Source: Nitrosopumilus sp. (GTDB taxonomy: Archaea > Thermoproteota > Nitrososphaeria > Nitrososphaerales > Nitrosopumilaceae). From it: a DNA stretch of 64,000 nt. Under the pieces are notes generated by a model, which was not told the DNA's origin, searched no databases, and saw only the letters and a list, made by a program, of their open reading frames with translations. Position numbers and translations under genes: made by a program. Of the stretch, positions 9,701 to 19,188 are shown one piece after another. The stretch's first letter is position 1, and each line of letters begins with the position of its first letter. The stretch is from positions 1,536,001-1,600,000 of the forward strand of contig OZ242041.1 in assembly GCA_965205215.1 (NCBI GenBank). Reading direction: 5' to 3'.

Positions 9701-10906
9701 ATGTCAGCTAGAATCATTAAAGATAGGTATAACGAACCATCGTGGAACAACATAGGCCAGTTCACCAAGCCCAACGGCAGATTCGAGGCCAACTCGGATG
9801 GTCAGTCGACGTTTGTCCCCCGTGAACTACCACCCGCAGTACGCTATGACCGCGAACTCATTGCGTTGCTTGTAAAAGCCGAACGAAAAGTTGGAGAGCT
9901 AAAGGGAAAGGGAAGCGAGCTAGAAAATCCACACATCTTGATAAGGGCGTACCTGAAGAAGGAAGCCGTGCTGAGCTCCAAGATCGAGGGAACCCTGGCA
10001 TCCCTCAAGGACCTGAACAGGCAGGAGGTTGTCGGCAACGTTAGCAGAAAGGACGCAGACAATTTGAGACTGAGAGAGGTCATCAACTACGTGAACGCGT
10101 TGGAAAGTTCGCTGAAAGCCATGCGGGAAACAGGACAGCGCACAAACATGGACATTCTGAAAGCGGCGCACAAGATCCTGATGGATGGCGTCAGGGGTTA
10201 CGACAAGGAACCCGGGAAGTTTCGCGACCAGCAGAACTGGATTATACGCACGCGGGGAAGAAGACGCGAGATTGTCTACACTCCGCCCCCACCAGAAAAA
10301 ATTTTGGCACTGCTTGAGAATCTCGAGGAGTTTATTCAGACAGATGATGAAAGCCTGTCCGTGCTGATCCGGTGTGCCGTACTTCACTATCAGTTTGAGG
10401 CAATACACCCATTCATTGACGGGAACGGGAGGATCGGGAGGCTGTTGATTCCACTGGTGTTGTACGAGAAGAGAATCATGCCCGAACCCTTGTTGTATTT
10501 GAGCGCCTATTTTGACAAGCATCGTGAGCGGTATTACAGCAACCTGCTGGCCGTGAGTCAAAAATCCAGATGGCCCGAATGGATAAAGTTCTTCCTCATG
10601 GCATTTATAGAGCAGGCAGACGAGGCAGTGGAGAATATTCAGAGGCTAATGACGCTGATGAGGAAGTACAAAGACACCCTTCGCAAAAGGGGCTCCAGTG
10701 GCAATGTAATCTTCCTAATGGAATCTCTGTTTTCGAACCCGTACGTTACCATTCCAAAGGCCGCGCGTCTTCTTGAAGTCACGTACCCGTCTGCAAAGAA
10801 TGCGGTCATGACGCTGGTGGACGCGGGCATACTGCAACCTACTGACATACTCTACAAGAGCAAGGTTTTCGTCGCAAGGGAGATCGAAGATGCCCTCAGC
10901 GCCTGA
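9701..10906 (+). CDS. Fic family protein (AMPylase) with N-terminal autoinhibitory motif and C-terminal HTH
   Basis: HPFIDGNGRIGR signature; SSKIEG inhibitory motif; PYVTIPKAARLLEVTYPSAK HTH; TTTAAATA at 9653; more AT-rich than flanks. Confidence 0.95.
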   Translation: MSARIIKDRYNEPSWNNIGQFTKPNGRFEANSDGQSTFVPRELPPAVRYDRELIALLVKAERKVGELKGKGSELENPHILIRAYLKKEAVLSSKIEGTLASLKDLNRQEVVGNVSRKDADNLRLREVINYVNALESSLKAMRETGQRTNMDILKAAHKILMDGVRGYDKEPGKFRDQQNWIIRTRGRRREIVYTPPPPEKILALLENLEEFIQTDDESLSVLIRCAVLHYQFEAIHPFIDGNGRIGRLLIPLVLYEKRIMPEPLLYLSAYFDKHRERYYSNLLAVSQKSRWPEWIKFFLMAFIEQADEAVENIQRLMTLMRKYKDTLRKRGSSGNVIFLMESLFSNPYVTIPKAARLLEVTYPSAKNAVMTLVDAGILQPTDILYKSKVFVAREIEDALSA

Positions 10907-10944
10907 GTCGCAAGGGGCCATGCCCATTGCGTGCAGATGGCGTA

Positions 10945-11647
10945 CCTGCGACCGTGTCGAACCTGTCAATTTGCCCGCCGGTCAGTTTGGAAAAATCCAG
11001 CACGCGGAATGTCTCTCTGAAGATTGTCGGGCTCATCCTACCGCGTCCGAGCTGCTAGGAGCCGGCGAACGACCAGTACGTCACTGCCAAACGCGGAGTT
11101 GCACCATACCATGAACGCCCCCTCATGCCGCTCATCATTCAACGACACGTTCGACCAGCCGCTGCCGCCAAGCGTCGTTTTGGTGGTGTATGCGGCAGTC
11201 AGGCGCTGTGACGTGTAGCGGGCCTGCAGGCTTAGATGTGTCCGAGTTGCCGTGCCCCATACCCGTCTGACGTGCTTCTCAGCGGCGCGCGGGTTCTTCT
11301 CAAGGCCGCAATCCGGGTTCACAGACATGCTGCGCTACGCCTCCGCGTTGTTGTTCCACAGAGCCGCGTATTTCTGGCCCGACAGCGGTTTCTTGCAGAC
11401 CGGCGCGCGCGGCTTTGTGGATTCTTTTGAAAACCGGTATTCGGCGATGGCGCGCGCCGAAACCAATGTCGGCCAAATCCGCGAGGTTTACCATTGGGAT
11501 GTTCATGGCATTATAGGCCAGGCTGTATGCGAACTGCAGCAATCTCAGATTCGAGGTGCGCCTAGCCCACCACATGCCGTCGTCAATCGGGCAGTCCAAC
11601 ACCTGCCTGATTACATCCCTGCCCGTCCTGATCGACGTAGACCCCAT
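10945..11647 (-). pseudogene. Degraded C-terminal fragment of a large Type IIG/IIL-like restriction-modification (DNA methyltransferase/TRD) protein
   Basis: Pieces in several frames: YAALWNNNAEA*RSMSVNPDC, RYTSQRLTAAYT..TLGGSGWSNV, AFMVWCNSAFG, YWSFAGS*QLGRGRM..VLDFSKL; in-frame TAG at 11335-11337 and 11055-11057 plus frameshifts; family call from recalled similarity. Confidence 0.55.
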
Positions 11648-11740
11648 GCGATTTGCAGCCCCGGCGCAGTCGGCGGCCAGCGCGCAGGGGGAGGGAGAAG
11701 AGCGAGGTTGTGTGTATAGGGGGGACGGTAGAGATGCGTA

Positions 11741-13558
11741 CTACGACGGCCCCAGCCTCGGCAAAAATATGTAGATTATGGCAATTATCTCGAGGCGCCC
11801 AAATATCATGAGAAAGCCGAGCATCATCTTGGTGGCCGGATCCGTCTCAAAGTCTATCACCCCGGCCGAGAGCCCGCCCGTGGTAATCACCCCGCTGGCC
11901 TCAAAGAAGGACTCCGTATACGGTGCCCCCGTAACCGACGCGAGGTGGGCGCCGGCGACAGCCGCGATTATCGGGAACAGGGCAACGATGATCAGCGTGC
12001 TTATCACCTCCTTTTTGACCTCCGGCGCCATGGCCTTGCGGGCAGAGGAGCGCAGAAAGCTCACAAGGTTGCGCAGGGCCATGAGCCGGAATATCTTCAT
12101 GCCGCCCGCGGTGGAGAACCCGCAGCCGCCGGCGAACATCAGCACCACCAGTATCCCGTACGCGGCCCCGTTGAGCCCCGATATGCTCTCGTGCTGCAGC
12201 CCCGCAGTGGTACTGGCCGAGACCGCGTAGAACGTCGCAAGCAGAAAGTCCGTGCCGCTTATCGCGATGAATATGGCGACGCCGGCGCCGAGTATCACAA
12301 AGTATGCCACAACCTCGCGGCCCAGCTTTCGGACGCGGAACCTCTTGCTTACAAAGCTGTAGTGGAACGTGAACGGGAGCGCCCCCATTATCATTGCTAT
12401 CATCAGCAGCGTATAGTCGTACCACATCAGGTCGTCAAGGATGGTCGAGGAGGGGAGGAACCCTCCCGTCGCGAGGGTGCTCATGGACAGCGAAAAGTTG
12501 TCAAGCAGGTCGCGCTTGCCCAGCACGAACAGCAGCAGGGCAAGCGTCGAGATGTAGAGCATGAATATCACGGTGATCGACAGGAAGAGCTCCTTGAGGT
12601 GGAGCGCCCTTCCGGTGATAAAGCCGCGCATGGACTTTAGGTGGGCCTCCGAGTAGAACGCGGTAATTACGAGGTATATGAAACTCATGCCGCCCACGAG
12701 CTGCGTGTAGCTCCGGAAGAAGGTAAAGCTGTGTCCCAGGTCCTCCGGCGTGTCAAACAGCGACAGGCCGCCTGTGGTAAAGCCCGCGGCGCTCGAGAAG
12801 AAAGAGTTTGCAAAGACCTCATCGAAGGGCATGTCCTCGGGCATGACGTAAAAGTACGGGATTGAGCCGAACAGGGACATGAGAAACAGGCTTGCAAAGA
12901 CCAGTATCGACGCCTGCCGCATGTTGAGCCCGGCCTTTTCGCCGTAGGAGTTGAGGGCAAAGCCCGTTGCCAGGAGCAGTACCGTGCTGAGGTAGATGCC
13001 GGTGGCAGTCGTGGTGTCCTCAAGTATGGTGGCCACGATCGCGGGCACGAACAGCAGCACGCCTGCAAACTGGAGCACGAACCCCAGGTTTCCGAGCACC
13101 GCCCTGACAGGCGGGCTTAGCAGGCGCGGGGGGCTGCCGACGGCCTCCTTTATCGCGGTAGATATCGAGGTCTGCCGTATCACCCCGACCACGGCGTTGT
13201 TGGATATTACCGGAAGCTTGTGGACGCCCTCGTCCTTCATCTGGACGGCGGCGTCTGCAAGCGTGGCCCTCTCAGTGGTGGTGATCAGGGGCGAGCTCAT
13301 TATCTGGTCAAGACGGGTCTTCTCCACGTTCACCTCCGGGTTGCTGACGGTCTCAAGTATGTCCACGTCCGTTACTATGCCGACCGGGCGCGCGCGGACG
13401 TCCGTCACGATGACGGTGTCTGTGTTGTTGTCGCTCATCCTCTGCGCCGCGTTCCGTGTGCTGTCCCACACGCGCATTATGGTAAAGTCCTTGCGCATGT
13501 ACTCCCTGACGCGCTTTGCCCGGATGTACTTTAGGGAGCGCTGGTGCTCTGAGGACAT
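11741..13558 (-). CDS. trkH: TrkH-family potassium uptake protein with N-terminal CBS-domain pair
   Basis: GIVTDVDIL and HKLPVI CBS motifs; pore loops GFTTGGLS, LATGGF, STTAGL, ITTGGLS; GGCGFSTAGGMK, FGRLEI. Confidence 0.9.
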   Translation of the reverse strand: MSSEHQRSLKYIRAKRVREYMRKDFTIMRVWDSTRNAAQRMSDNNTDTVIVTDVRARPVGIVTDVDILETVSNPEVNVEKTRLDQIMSSPLITTTERATLADAAVQMKDEGVHKLPVISNNAVVGVIRQTSISTAIKEAVGSPPRLLSPPVRAVLGNLGFVLQFAGVLLFVPAIVATILEDTTTATGIYLSTVLLLATGFALNSYGEKAGLNMRQASILVFASLFLMSLFGSIPYFYVMPEDMPFDEVFANSFFSSAAGFTTGGLSLFDTPEDLGHSFTFFRSYTQLVGGMSFIYLVITAFYSEAHLKSMRGFITGRALHLKELFLSITVIFMLYISTLALLLFVLGKRDLLDNFSLSMSTLATGGFLPSSTILDDLMWYDYTLLMIAMIMGALPFTFHYSFVSKRFRVRKLGREVVAYFVILGAGVAIFIAISGTDFLLATFYAVSASTTAGLQHESISGLNGAAYGILVVLMFAGGCGFSTAGGMKIFRLMALRNLVSFLRSSARKAMAPEVKKEVISTLIIVALFPIIAAVAGAHLASVTGAPYTESFFEASGVITTGGLSAGVIDFETDPATKMMLGFLMIFGRLEIIAIIYIFLPRLGPS

Positions 13559-13700
13559 GTTCAAACAGCGGCGATTGGCCGTTAAATAAATGCGCATGGC
13601 AGGTGCGCAGGCTCGTGGCATGCACTAGGTGTACGTACTAACCGGGGGCGCTGCGCTGCCTCCTTGTATCTTTATAAGCACTACAGCACCTCGTAGCGTC

Positions 13701-14165
13701 GTGGACATCGCCGAGGAGCAGGAGCCGGACTACCAGTCTACCAGGATCGAGACGGTGGGGTTTCTTGACCCTTACGGGATGGAGGGGCTGGCAGTCCTGC
13801 GCTCTGAAGACGGGAAAGAGTTCCACGTCAGGGCTTTTTCAGGCGAGGTGGCAAAGCACATCGTGTGCATGTCAGATGCCGACGCGGCTCCGATCCAGAT
13901 TCCCTCGGTATACAGCATGATATCGGACATATGCGAGGAGAACGAGATCGTGCTGGTAAAGGTCAAGGTGTACCAGAGCGGCAGCGTCCTGCGCGCAAAC
14001 CTGTACCTCACGGGCAAGAAGGACATAGTCCTGAAAAACTACCGCGCGTCGGACGCGATAGCCCTGGCGTCGCTCTACAAGATCCCAATCCTGGTACGGA
14101 AAAACCTGCTCAGGGACCAGGACGGCACGGGGGACGGGCAGGGCGCAGGGGCGCAGGGGCGCTGA
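13701..14165 (+). CDS. Bifunctional nuclease (DUF151) domain protein
   Basis: RASDAIALA...IPILV motif; GTG start downstream of TTTATAA. Confidence 0.8.
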   Translation: MDIAEEQEPDYQSTRIETVGFLDPYGMEGLAVLRSEDGKEFHVRAFSGEVAKHIVCMSDADAAPIQIPSVYSMISDICEENEIVLVKVKVYQSGSVLRANLYLTGKKDIVLKNYRASDAIALASLYKIPILVRKNLLRDQDGTGDGQGAGAQGR

Positions 14166-14192
14166 TACGGGCAGGTGCGTTCGCGCGCATAG

Positions 14193-14471
14193 TCATTTGC
14201 CGAGGCGCTCAAGCTCGGAGACTGCATGTTCGAAGAGCGCGTCGTCGTCCAGCGCCACATACAGGATGTTATTCTCTTGGCACCCCAATATGTTCTCCTT
14301 GTCCTTTGTTACTAGTACCATCTTGTTAGACTCTGCGTGCTTCAGTACGGAAAAATCAGACCGGAGAGCCATGCCACTGTTTATGAGCTTCTTGACGCTT
14401 TGCGCCTCGAACCCCCGCTCGCGGAGCCTCTCGTCCAATCCGTCAGAGTGCTCGTCGACCAAGACCTTCAT
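14193..14471 (-). CDS. PIN-like protein (DUF5615/Mut7-C N-terminal type)
   Basis: MKVLVDEH...SDFSVL...VLVTKD pattern. Confidence 0.8.
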   Translation of the reverse strand: MKVLVDEHSDGLDERLRERGFEAQSVKKLINSGMALRSDFSVLKHAESNKMVLVTKDKENILGCQENNILYVALDDDALFEHAVSELERLGK

Positions 14472-14588
14472 GACGTCTCATGTACCGGTGTTCATTATAT
14501 CGTTTTCTGAGGCGGTCAGAACGGGTGAGAGGCGCCAGAGTAGACGCGTCGTTAGTCCGCGAAAACGCTCAAAATAGAACGCCTACGA

Positions 14589-14966
14589 TCATATGGTGCT
14601 CGTAATCTTTTTCACCTTTTCGACGATCCGGATCTTCTTCTGAATGGGCATGTCGCGCTCAATCGTGAAATAGATCGTGTTTCGGCTCGTATACACGACC
14701 ATCTGGGAGACCTTTTCGCGCTCAACATGCACGTACGTCACCTTGCCAAGCGACCGGTCAAACTCCTTTCGCATCTTCCTTCTCTGGGACACTTGCTGGC
14801 AGAAGTGTTCCTCTTCCTTTTGTGATTTGAGGCTGGTCTTTCCCGTCTTCATTATGGCCTCCCGTATCTTTCCCTGTAGGTTGATTATGGCCGCAAATCT
14901 CATCTTGGGATCAAGATCCAGAATTTTCTGTACGACGTCAATAAGATCGACCGTGGCAGATGCCAT
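14589..14966 (-). CDS. Thaumarchaeal roadblock-like hypothetical protein (DUF6659-like)
   Basis: ILDLDPKMRFAAII...RKEFDRSLGKVTYVHVEREKV. Confidence 0.75.
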   Translation of the reverse strand: MASATVDLIDVVQKILDLDPKMRFAAIINLQGKIREAIMKTGKTSLKSQKEEEHFCQQVSQRRKMRKEFDRSLGKVTYVHVEREKVSQMVVYTSRNTIYFTIERDMPIQKKIRIVEKVKKITSTI

Positions 14967-15261
14967 TAGCAGAGAAAAAATCTGAGGGACATATAAGCTA
15001 GATCATGCGACGCCGGCCACGCTACTCGGTCCGGCTTGGGCTGCGACGCGAACGCCTCACATACGCGCACGGCCGAGGGCGGAGTGGGGGAAGGGGAGCC
15101 GAATCGGCGTGGGGGCAAGGCAGGCACAAGGAGACTGCCCGTACCGCAGGCGCCCGCATTATGGGACGCATCATAGAGGGATGTACCAACAGGCAGTGAC
15201 AGCGGCGCCAGGCCACACACGCACGCCCATGAGATTAATAGCAGCGGTACCCACACAATGC

Positions 15262-15471
15262 GTGAAGAACTCCGCCGTGACCATGATAATCGGGATGATT
15301 ATGTTCGTGGCCGGACTGGGTATGTTCTACTCAATCGAGATGGGCCAGTTCGAACCCGAGTACAGGCTCGTAAAGAACACAGGAATCTTTGTTGGGCTGG
15401 CCGGAATAGGCGCCACGATGGCGGGCGTGTTGCTGACATTGTTCAACAGGAGCGAGCCGGTGGAGAGATGA
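15262..15471 (+). CDS. Small two-TM hypothetical protein
   Basis: GTG start about 25 nt after ATTAATA; two hydrophobic helices. Confidence 0.7.
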   Translation: MKNSAVTMIIGMIMFVAGLGMFYSIEMGQFEPEYRLVKNTGIFVGLAGIGATMAGVLLTLFNRSEPVER

Positions 15472-15683
15472 GCGTCGCGCGGCAGGCGCTACCCGCAGGT
15501 TTGGCGTCTTCATACTCGGGGCCCAAGCGTCGCATCTTCGGCGCCACAGCGCGCTAGCATCATATCCGCGCACGATCAGAGCAGCGCATGATCTGAGGGG
15601 GAAATTTCCATGCAGGGATGACGAATTCATTCCGCAGACATGGAACAATCCTTTAATATTTTACAGAATTTTTATAATCAGAT

Positions 15684-16823
15684 TTGAATCCTAAAACGGC
15701 CGCCGGTGCAGCCGGAGCTGCCGCAATAGTCCTGGGCGTAGTCATACTCTATGCATATGACGCGGACAGTCCGGCAGGGTCCGTAGCAGACAGTATGGCG
15801 CCCGGCCCTGAATCCGACGCGCTTCCGACCGACTACTCAAGCGTCGCCGTAACAAACGGCCAAAAGCATACGGTCCCGCTTGACAAGATAATCAGCGGCG
15901 GCCCGCCGCCGGACGGGATCCCTTCAATAGACGACCCGAGGTTCGCGCATGCAGAGGAGGCAGGATTCATGTCCGGCTCCGATGTCGTGATAGGGCTCGA
16001 GATCGGGGGGGAGGCAAAGGCGTATCCGCTCCGCATACTGGTATGGCACGAGATCGTAAACGACGTGGTCGGGGGCGTCCCGGTCGCCGTAACGTACTGC
16101 CCGCTGTGCTATACGAGTCAGGTCTTTGAGAGAACGCTTGGAGACCGGGCAGTAGAGTTCGGAACGTCTGGAAAGCTGTACAACAGCAACCTGGTGATGT
16201 ACGACAGGGCAACCGGGACGTACTGGAGCCAGGCCCTGGGGGCCGCCATCAAGGGGGAACTTGCAGGGCAGAGGCTCGACACCGTACCGTTTGACGTAAT
16301 CAGGTGGGACGACTGGAGGGAGATGCACCGGGATACCGTGGTGCTGACCACCGAGACCGGCCATGTGCGGGCATACGACGTGGACCCCTACGGCGGATAC
16401 TATACGGACTACAGCATAATATTCCCGGTGGACAATACGGGAGCGTCGTCAGGCGTCATGCACCCGAAGGAGGTCATACTGGGATTTGAGAACGGCGGGT
16501 CATACAAGGCGTACAAGCAGGGTGACGCGGAGGACTCGGGGGCAATAAACGACGTGGTCGGCGGCCTGCCCGTCTTGATCGTATCCGAGTTCGAGGGAAG
16601 CGCTCGGGGGTTTGAGAGGCCGGTAGTGGACGGGCAGCTGCTGGAGTTCGAGTACGAGGGCCCCACACTGACAGACGCGCAGACGGGATCCTCGTGGGAC
16701 TATGGCGGCCTGGCAGTGTCAGGCCCTCTTGAGGGGCGCAGCATGGAGCGCCTTGCACTCAGCCCCGGATTCTGGTTTGAGTGGGTCGCATTCCATCCGG
16801 ATACGGAGGTGTACGAGCCATAA
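15684..16823 (+). CDS. DUF3179 domain protein, N-terminally anchored
   Basis: SGGPPPDGIPSIDDP, AYPLRILVWHEIVND, TYCPLC, FGTSGKLYNSNLVMYD, FWFEWVAFHP. Confidence 0.9.
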   Translation: MNPKTAAGAAGAAAIVLGVVILYAYDADSPAGSVADSMAPGPESDALPTDYSSVAVTNGQKHTVPLDKIISGGPPPDGIPSIDDPRFAHAEEAGFMSGSDVVIGLEIGGEAKAYPLRILVWHEIVNDVVGGVPVAVTYCPLCYTSQVFERTLGDRAVEFGTSGKLYNSNLVMYDRATGTYWSQALGAAIKGELAGQRLDTVPFDVIRWDDWREMHRDTVVLTTETGHVRAYDVDPYGGYYTDYSIIFPVDNTGASSGVMHPKEVILGFENGGSYKAYKQGDAEDSGAINDVVGGLPVLIVSEFEGSARGFERPVVDGQLLEFEYEGPTLTDAQTGSSWDYGGLAVSGPLEGRSMERLALSPGFWFEWVAFHPDTEVYEP

Positions 16824-17353
16824 CCACGCCTTCAGTTCCTGTAAGGCCTGTCCTGTTCGGAGGGCTGGCCGTCCTGGCGTACGCGGTCGTGGTGGTTGCA
16901 ACAACCCCGTCGCTTCCTGCAGAGTCCGCCCTGTACGTGACCCTGGTGACAAACCCGGCCATAATAGTCGGGATAGGAGTAGGGACCGGACTCCAAGCGC
17001 ATCTTGCAGAGAAGAGGCGGAGGCTCGCAGGATGCAGGGTCGCGCCAGGCCCCGGAAGAGGCGAAGTGGAGGCAGGCGCCGGGGATCAAGGCAGGGGGAC
17101 GGGAGGAGTGGCAGCGTCGTCTGCGGCGGCCTCGTTCTTTTCGTTCTTTGCGCTGGTGCCGCTTGGGTGCTGCGGATGGTGGCTCTACGTCCTGTCGCTG
17201 CTGCCAAGCGTGCTTGGAGCGGGGGTCTCGGGCGCGCTCATAGAGAACAGCCAGATCCTGGCATATGCAGGGCTGGCGGTGGTTTTTGGATTAAACGGGC
17301 TGACGGCCTACAAGGTGCGGCGCATGTCGCGCGCGATAGGTCTGCGGAACTAG
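16781..17353 (+). CDS. Hypothetical membrane protein with CC motif (true start uncertain, probably near 16810)
   Basis: 4-5 hydrophobic segments, LGCCGWW; overlaps the end of the DUF3179 gene. Confidence 0.7.
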   Translation: MGRIPSGYGGVRAITTPSVPVRPVLFGGLAVLAYAVVVVATTPSLPAESALYVTLVTNPAIIVGIGVGTGLQAHLAEKRRRLAGCRVAPGPGRGEVEAGAGDQGRGTGGVAASSAAASFFSFFALVPLGCCGWWLYVLSLLPSVLGAGVSGALIENSQILAYAGLAVVFGLNGLTAYKVRRMSRAIGLRN

Positions 17354-17560
17354 GCGAACGCACCGGGCGCGGCGGGGATGCACGGGCGGTTGCGGCGACG
17401 CGGAGGGGCAACGGGGGCATGCCGCGAGTAATTACGTGCAGGCTCAGGCCCCCTGCCCGCGAGATACGGGGGTGCGGAGCGGCAGGCACAAGTCCTTAAT
17501 GGTTGGCGCATGCGCACCTGCCGCAACAACCTATTAACGACGCCGCGGCAGACTGGGCGC

Positions 17561-18049
17561 ATGGCGGACAGGATCTGGCTGGGCGGCATATACCTAAAAG
17601 AAGAGGGAGGATACAAGATCACACTAAAGTCACTAAACCATTACAAGAAGAGGCTAAGCACGCTGTCAGAAAGCCCGGAGCTAAAGGGCGCGGCCGGCAT
17701 GTTCGCGTCGGTCCTGCAACAGCAAGCGGCCAAGACGATACCCGAGATTGACGCCGTATCGCGCAGGATACTCGAGTGTCTTGGCGGTAGCGGGAGCGGC
17801 GCAGAGAGCGGCGGCAGCGGCAAAGGAGGTCTCGGCGGCCTTGCCGACGACGTGCCGTTCATGAAAAAGGCGCTTGCGTGCTACAAATCCGACATAGCCA
17901 AAGCACAAGATACGGGATACGAGTATTTTGTAAAGATGATAGGAGACATGGAGGCCGCAGTGGGGGACAAGGACGAGATCGAGCGGGCGCTCCAGAACAT
18001 AGGGGTGTTTGAAGGCGGCGGCCGACAGGCGGCAGGAACGGAAGAGTAA
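17561..18049 (+). CDS. Hypothetical protein
   Basis: MADRIWLGGIYLKEEGGY...; TATTAA box upstream. Confidence 0.8.
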   Translation: MADRIWLGGIYLKEEGGYKITLKSLNHYKKRLSTLSESPELKGAAGMFASVLQQQAAKTIPEIDAVSRRILECLGGSGSGAESGGSGKGGLGGLADDVPFMKKALACYKSDIAKAQDTGYEYFVKMIGDMEAAVGDKDEIERALQNIGVFEGGGRQAAGTEE

Positions 18050-18315
18050 GCGGGCAGGACGGTCATGCGGCAGGCGCAGACTGCAGGATATCCGAGCGCC
18101 CGGACTCTGCCCGACAGGAAATGAAAAAACAACGCCCGCGCCGCCGCCACCATTGCAGGCGTCCTCCGGTCCCGTAGGATAGGACTAGCTCCCGCACGGC
18201 CCCGAGCGGTGCGAAGATCATTCGGAGCAGGGCGCGGGCAGCATCTGACTGCGCGACGGTTGCGGCCACAAGCATGCAGGAAAAGCGGTTTTGCCGCCCC
18301 ACGGTGTGAAATGCG

Positions 18316-18552
18316 TTATTTCTGCAGCCCCTGCAGGTACCAGTCCACGTAGGGCCTTAGCGCGGCGCACTTTGCGCGGCGCGCCGACTCGTCAGTCTCA
18401 CTCTTCAGCCCGTCCAGTTTTTTCTGCAGATAAGAGGCGACAGATTCGCTCCGAAGCAGCGGGATCACCCCTTCAAGTACCGACAGAACGTCCCGGACAG
18501 GTGCGTTATCAAAATCCGCGGCCAAACTGCGGGCGCCATCCTCAAGATTCAC
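18316..18552 (-). CDS. Small hypothetical protein
   Basis: GTG start (VNLEDGARSL...) downstream of AAAATAAAA; helical composition. Confidence 0.7.
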   Translation of the reverse strand: MNLEDGARSLAADFDNAPVRDVLSVLEGVIPLLRSESVASYLQKKLDGLKSETDESARRAKCAALRPYVDWYLQGLQK

Positions 18553-18800
18553 GACACGGACGCCTAGCGGCCCCCTTTTATTTTCTGGCGCCGGGAGCAT
18601 TTCGGGGCAAAGATACGCAAGGCGCGGGAGAGAGTCCGGGCGGGCTGCCGGGAGGGCGGCACCCGACATGGCGCACGCCGTTTTTGCGCAGTCGCGCTGC
18701 TTGCCGTGACGTCAGGGCCAGAAACAGCAAGTTTTCCCCCACAGACAGGACACGCATGCGGCAGTCGCGGCAACTCCTGCCGCGGCCGCTGCTGCTGCTG

Positions 18801-19040
18801 CTACTGACGCTGCACAGACGCGTCGCCGTCATCCCACAAGATGCGGTACTTGCCTGTGACGCGCATTATCGAGACCCTGCCGCCCTCCTTGAACACGAGC
18901 CGGTAGGGCTTGTGGGACGTGTCCTCCACGTCAAGCGTGACCCCTTCTGCGCGGGTCCTAAACGACACCGGATCGCTTGCAACCTGCTCCCACTGTCCGG
19001 GGTCAAAGTCAATGTACAGCTTTGTGTACAGCAGTCCCAT
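18801..19040 (-). CDS. Small hypothetical protein
   Basis: MGLLYTKLYIDFD...; TTTTTATT box upstream. Confidence 0.75.
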   Translation of the reverse strand: MGLLYTKLYIDFDPGQWEQVASDPVSFRTRAEGVTLDVEDTSHKPYRLVFKEGGRVSIMRVTGKYRILWDDGDASVQRQ

Positions 19041-19188
19041 GGGGGCCGCAACGTGCCCCCGAATAAAAAACTAGGCGGGGCCGGCAGCAGGGCCAAAGCA
19101 GGATTGGACGTCTAATTTTTGGCTCCAGATACAACACGTCTCAAGGGTGCCTGCGCGAATAGATGCGCAAGAGGACATTATGACGGGG

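Noticed and set aside
18564-18773. Zinc-ribbon ORF MPRLPHACPVCGG
   Set aside because: Single CxxC followed by low-quality sequence that runs over the promoter of the 18552 gene
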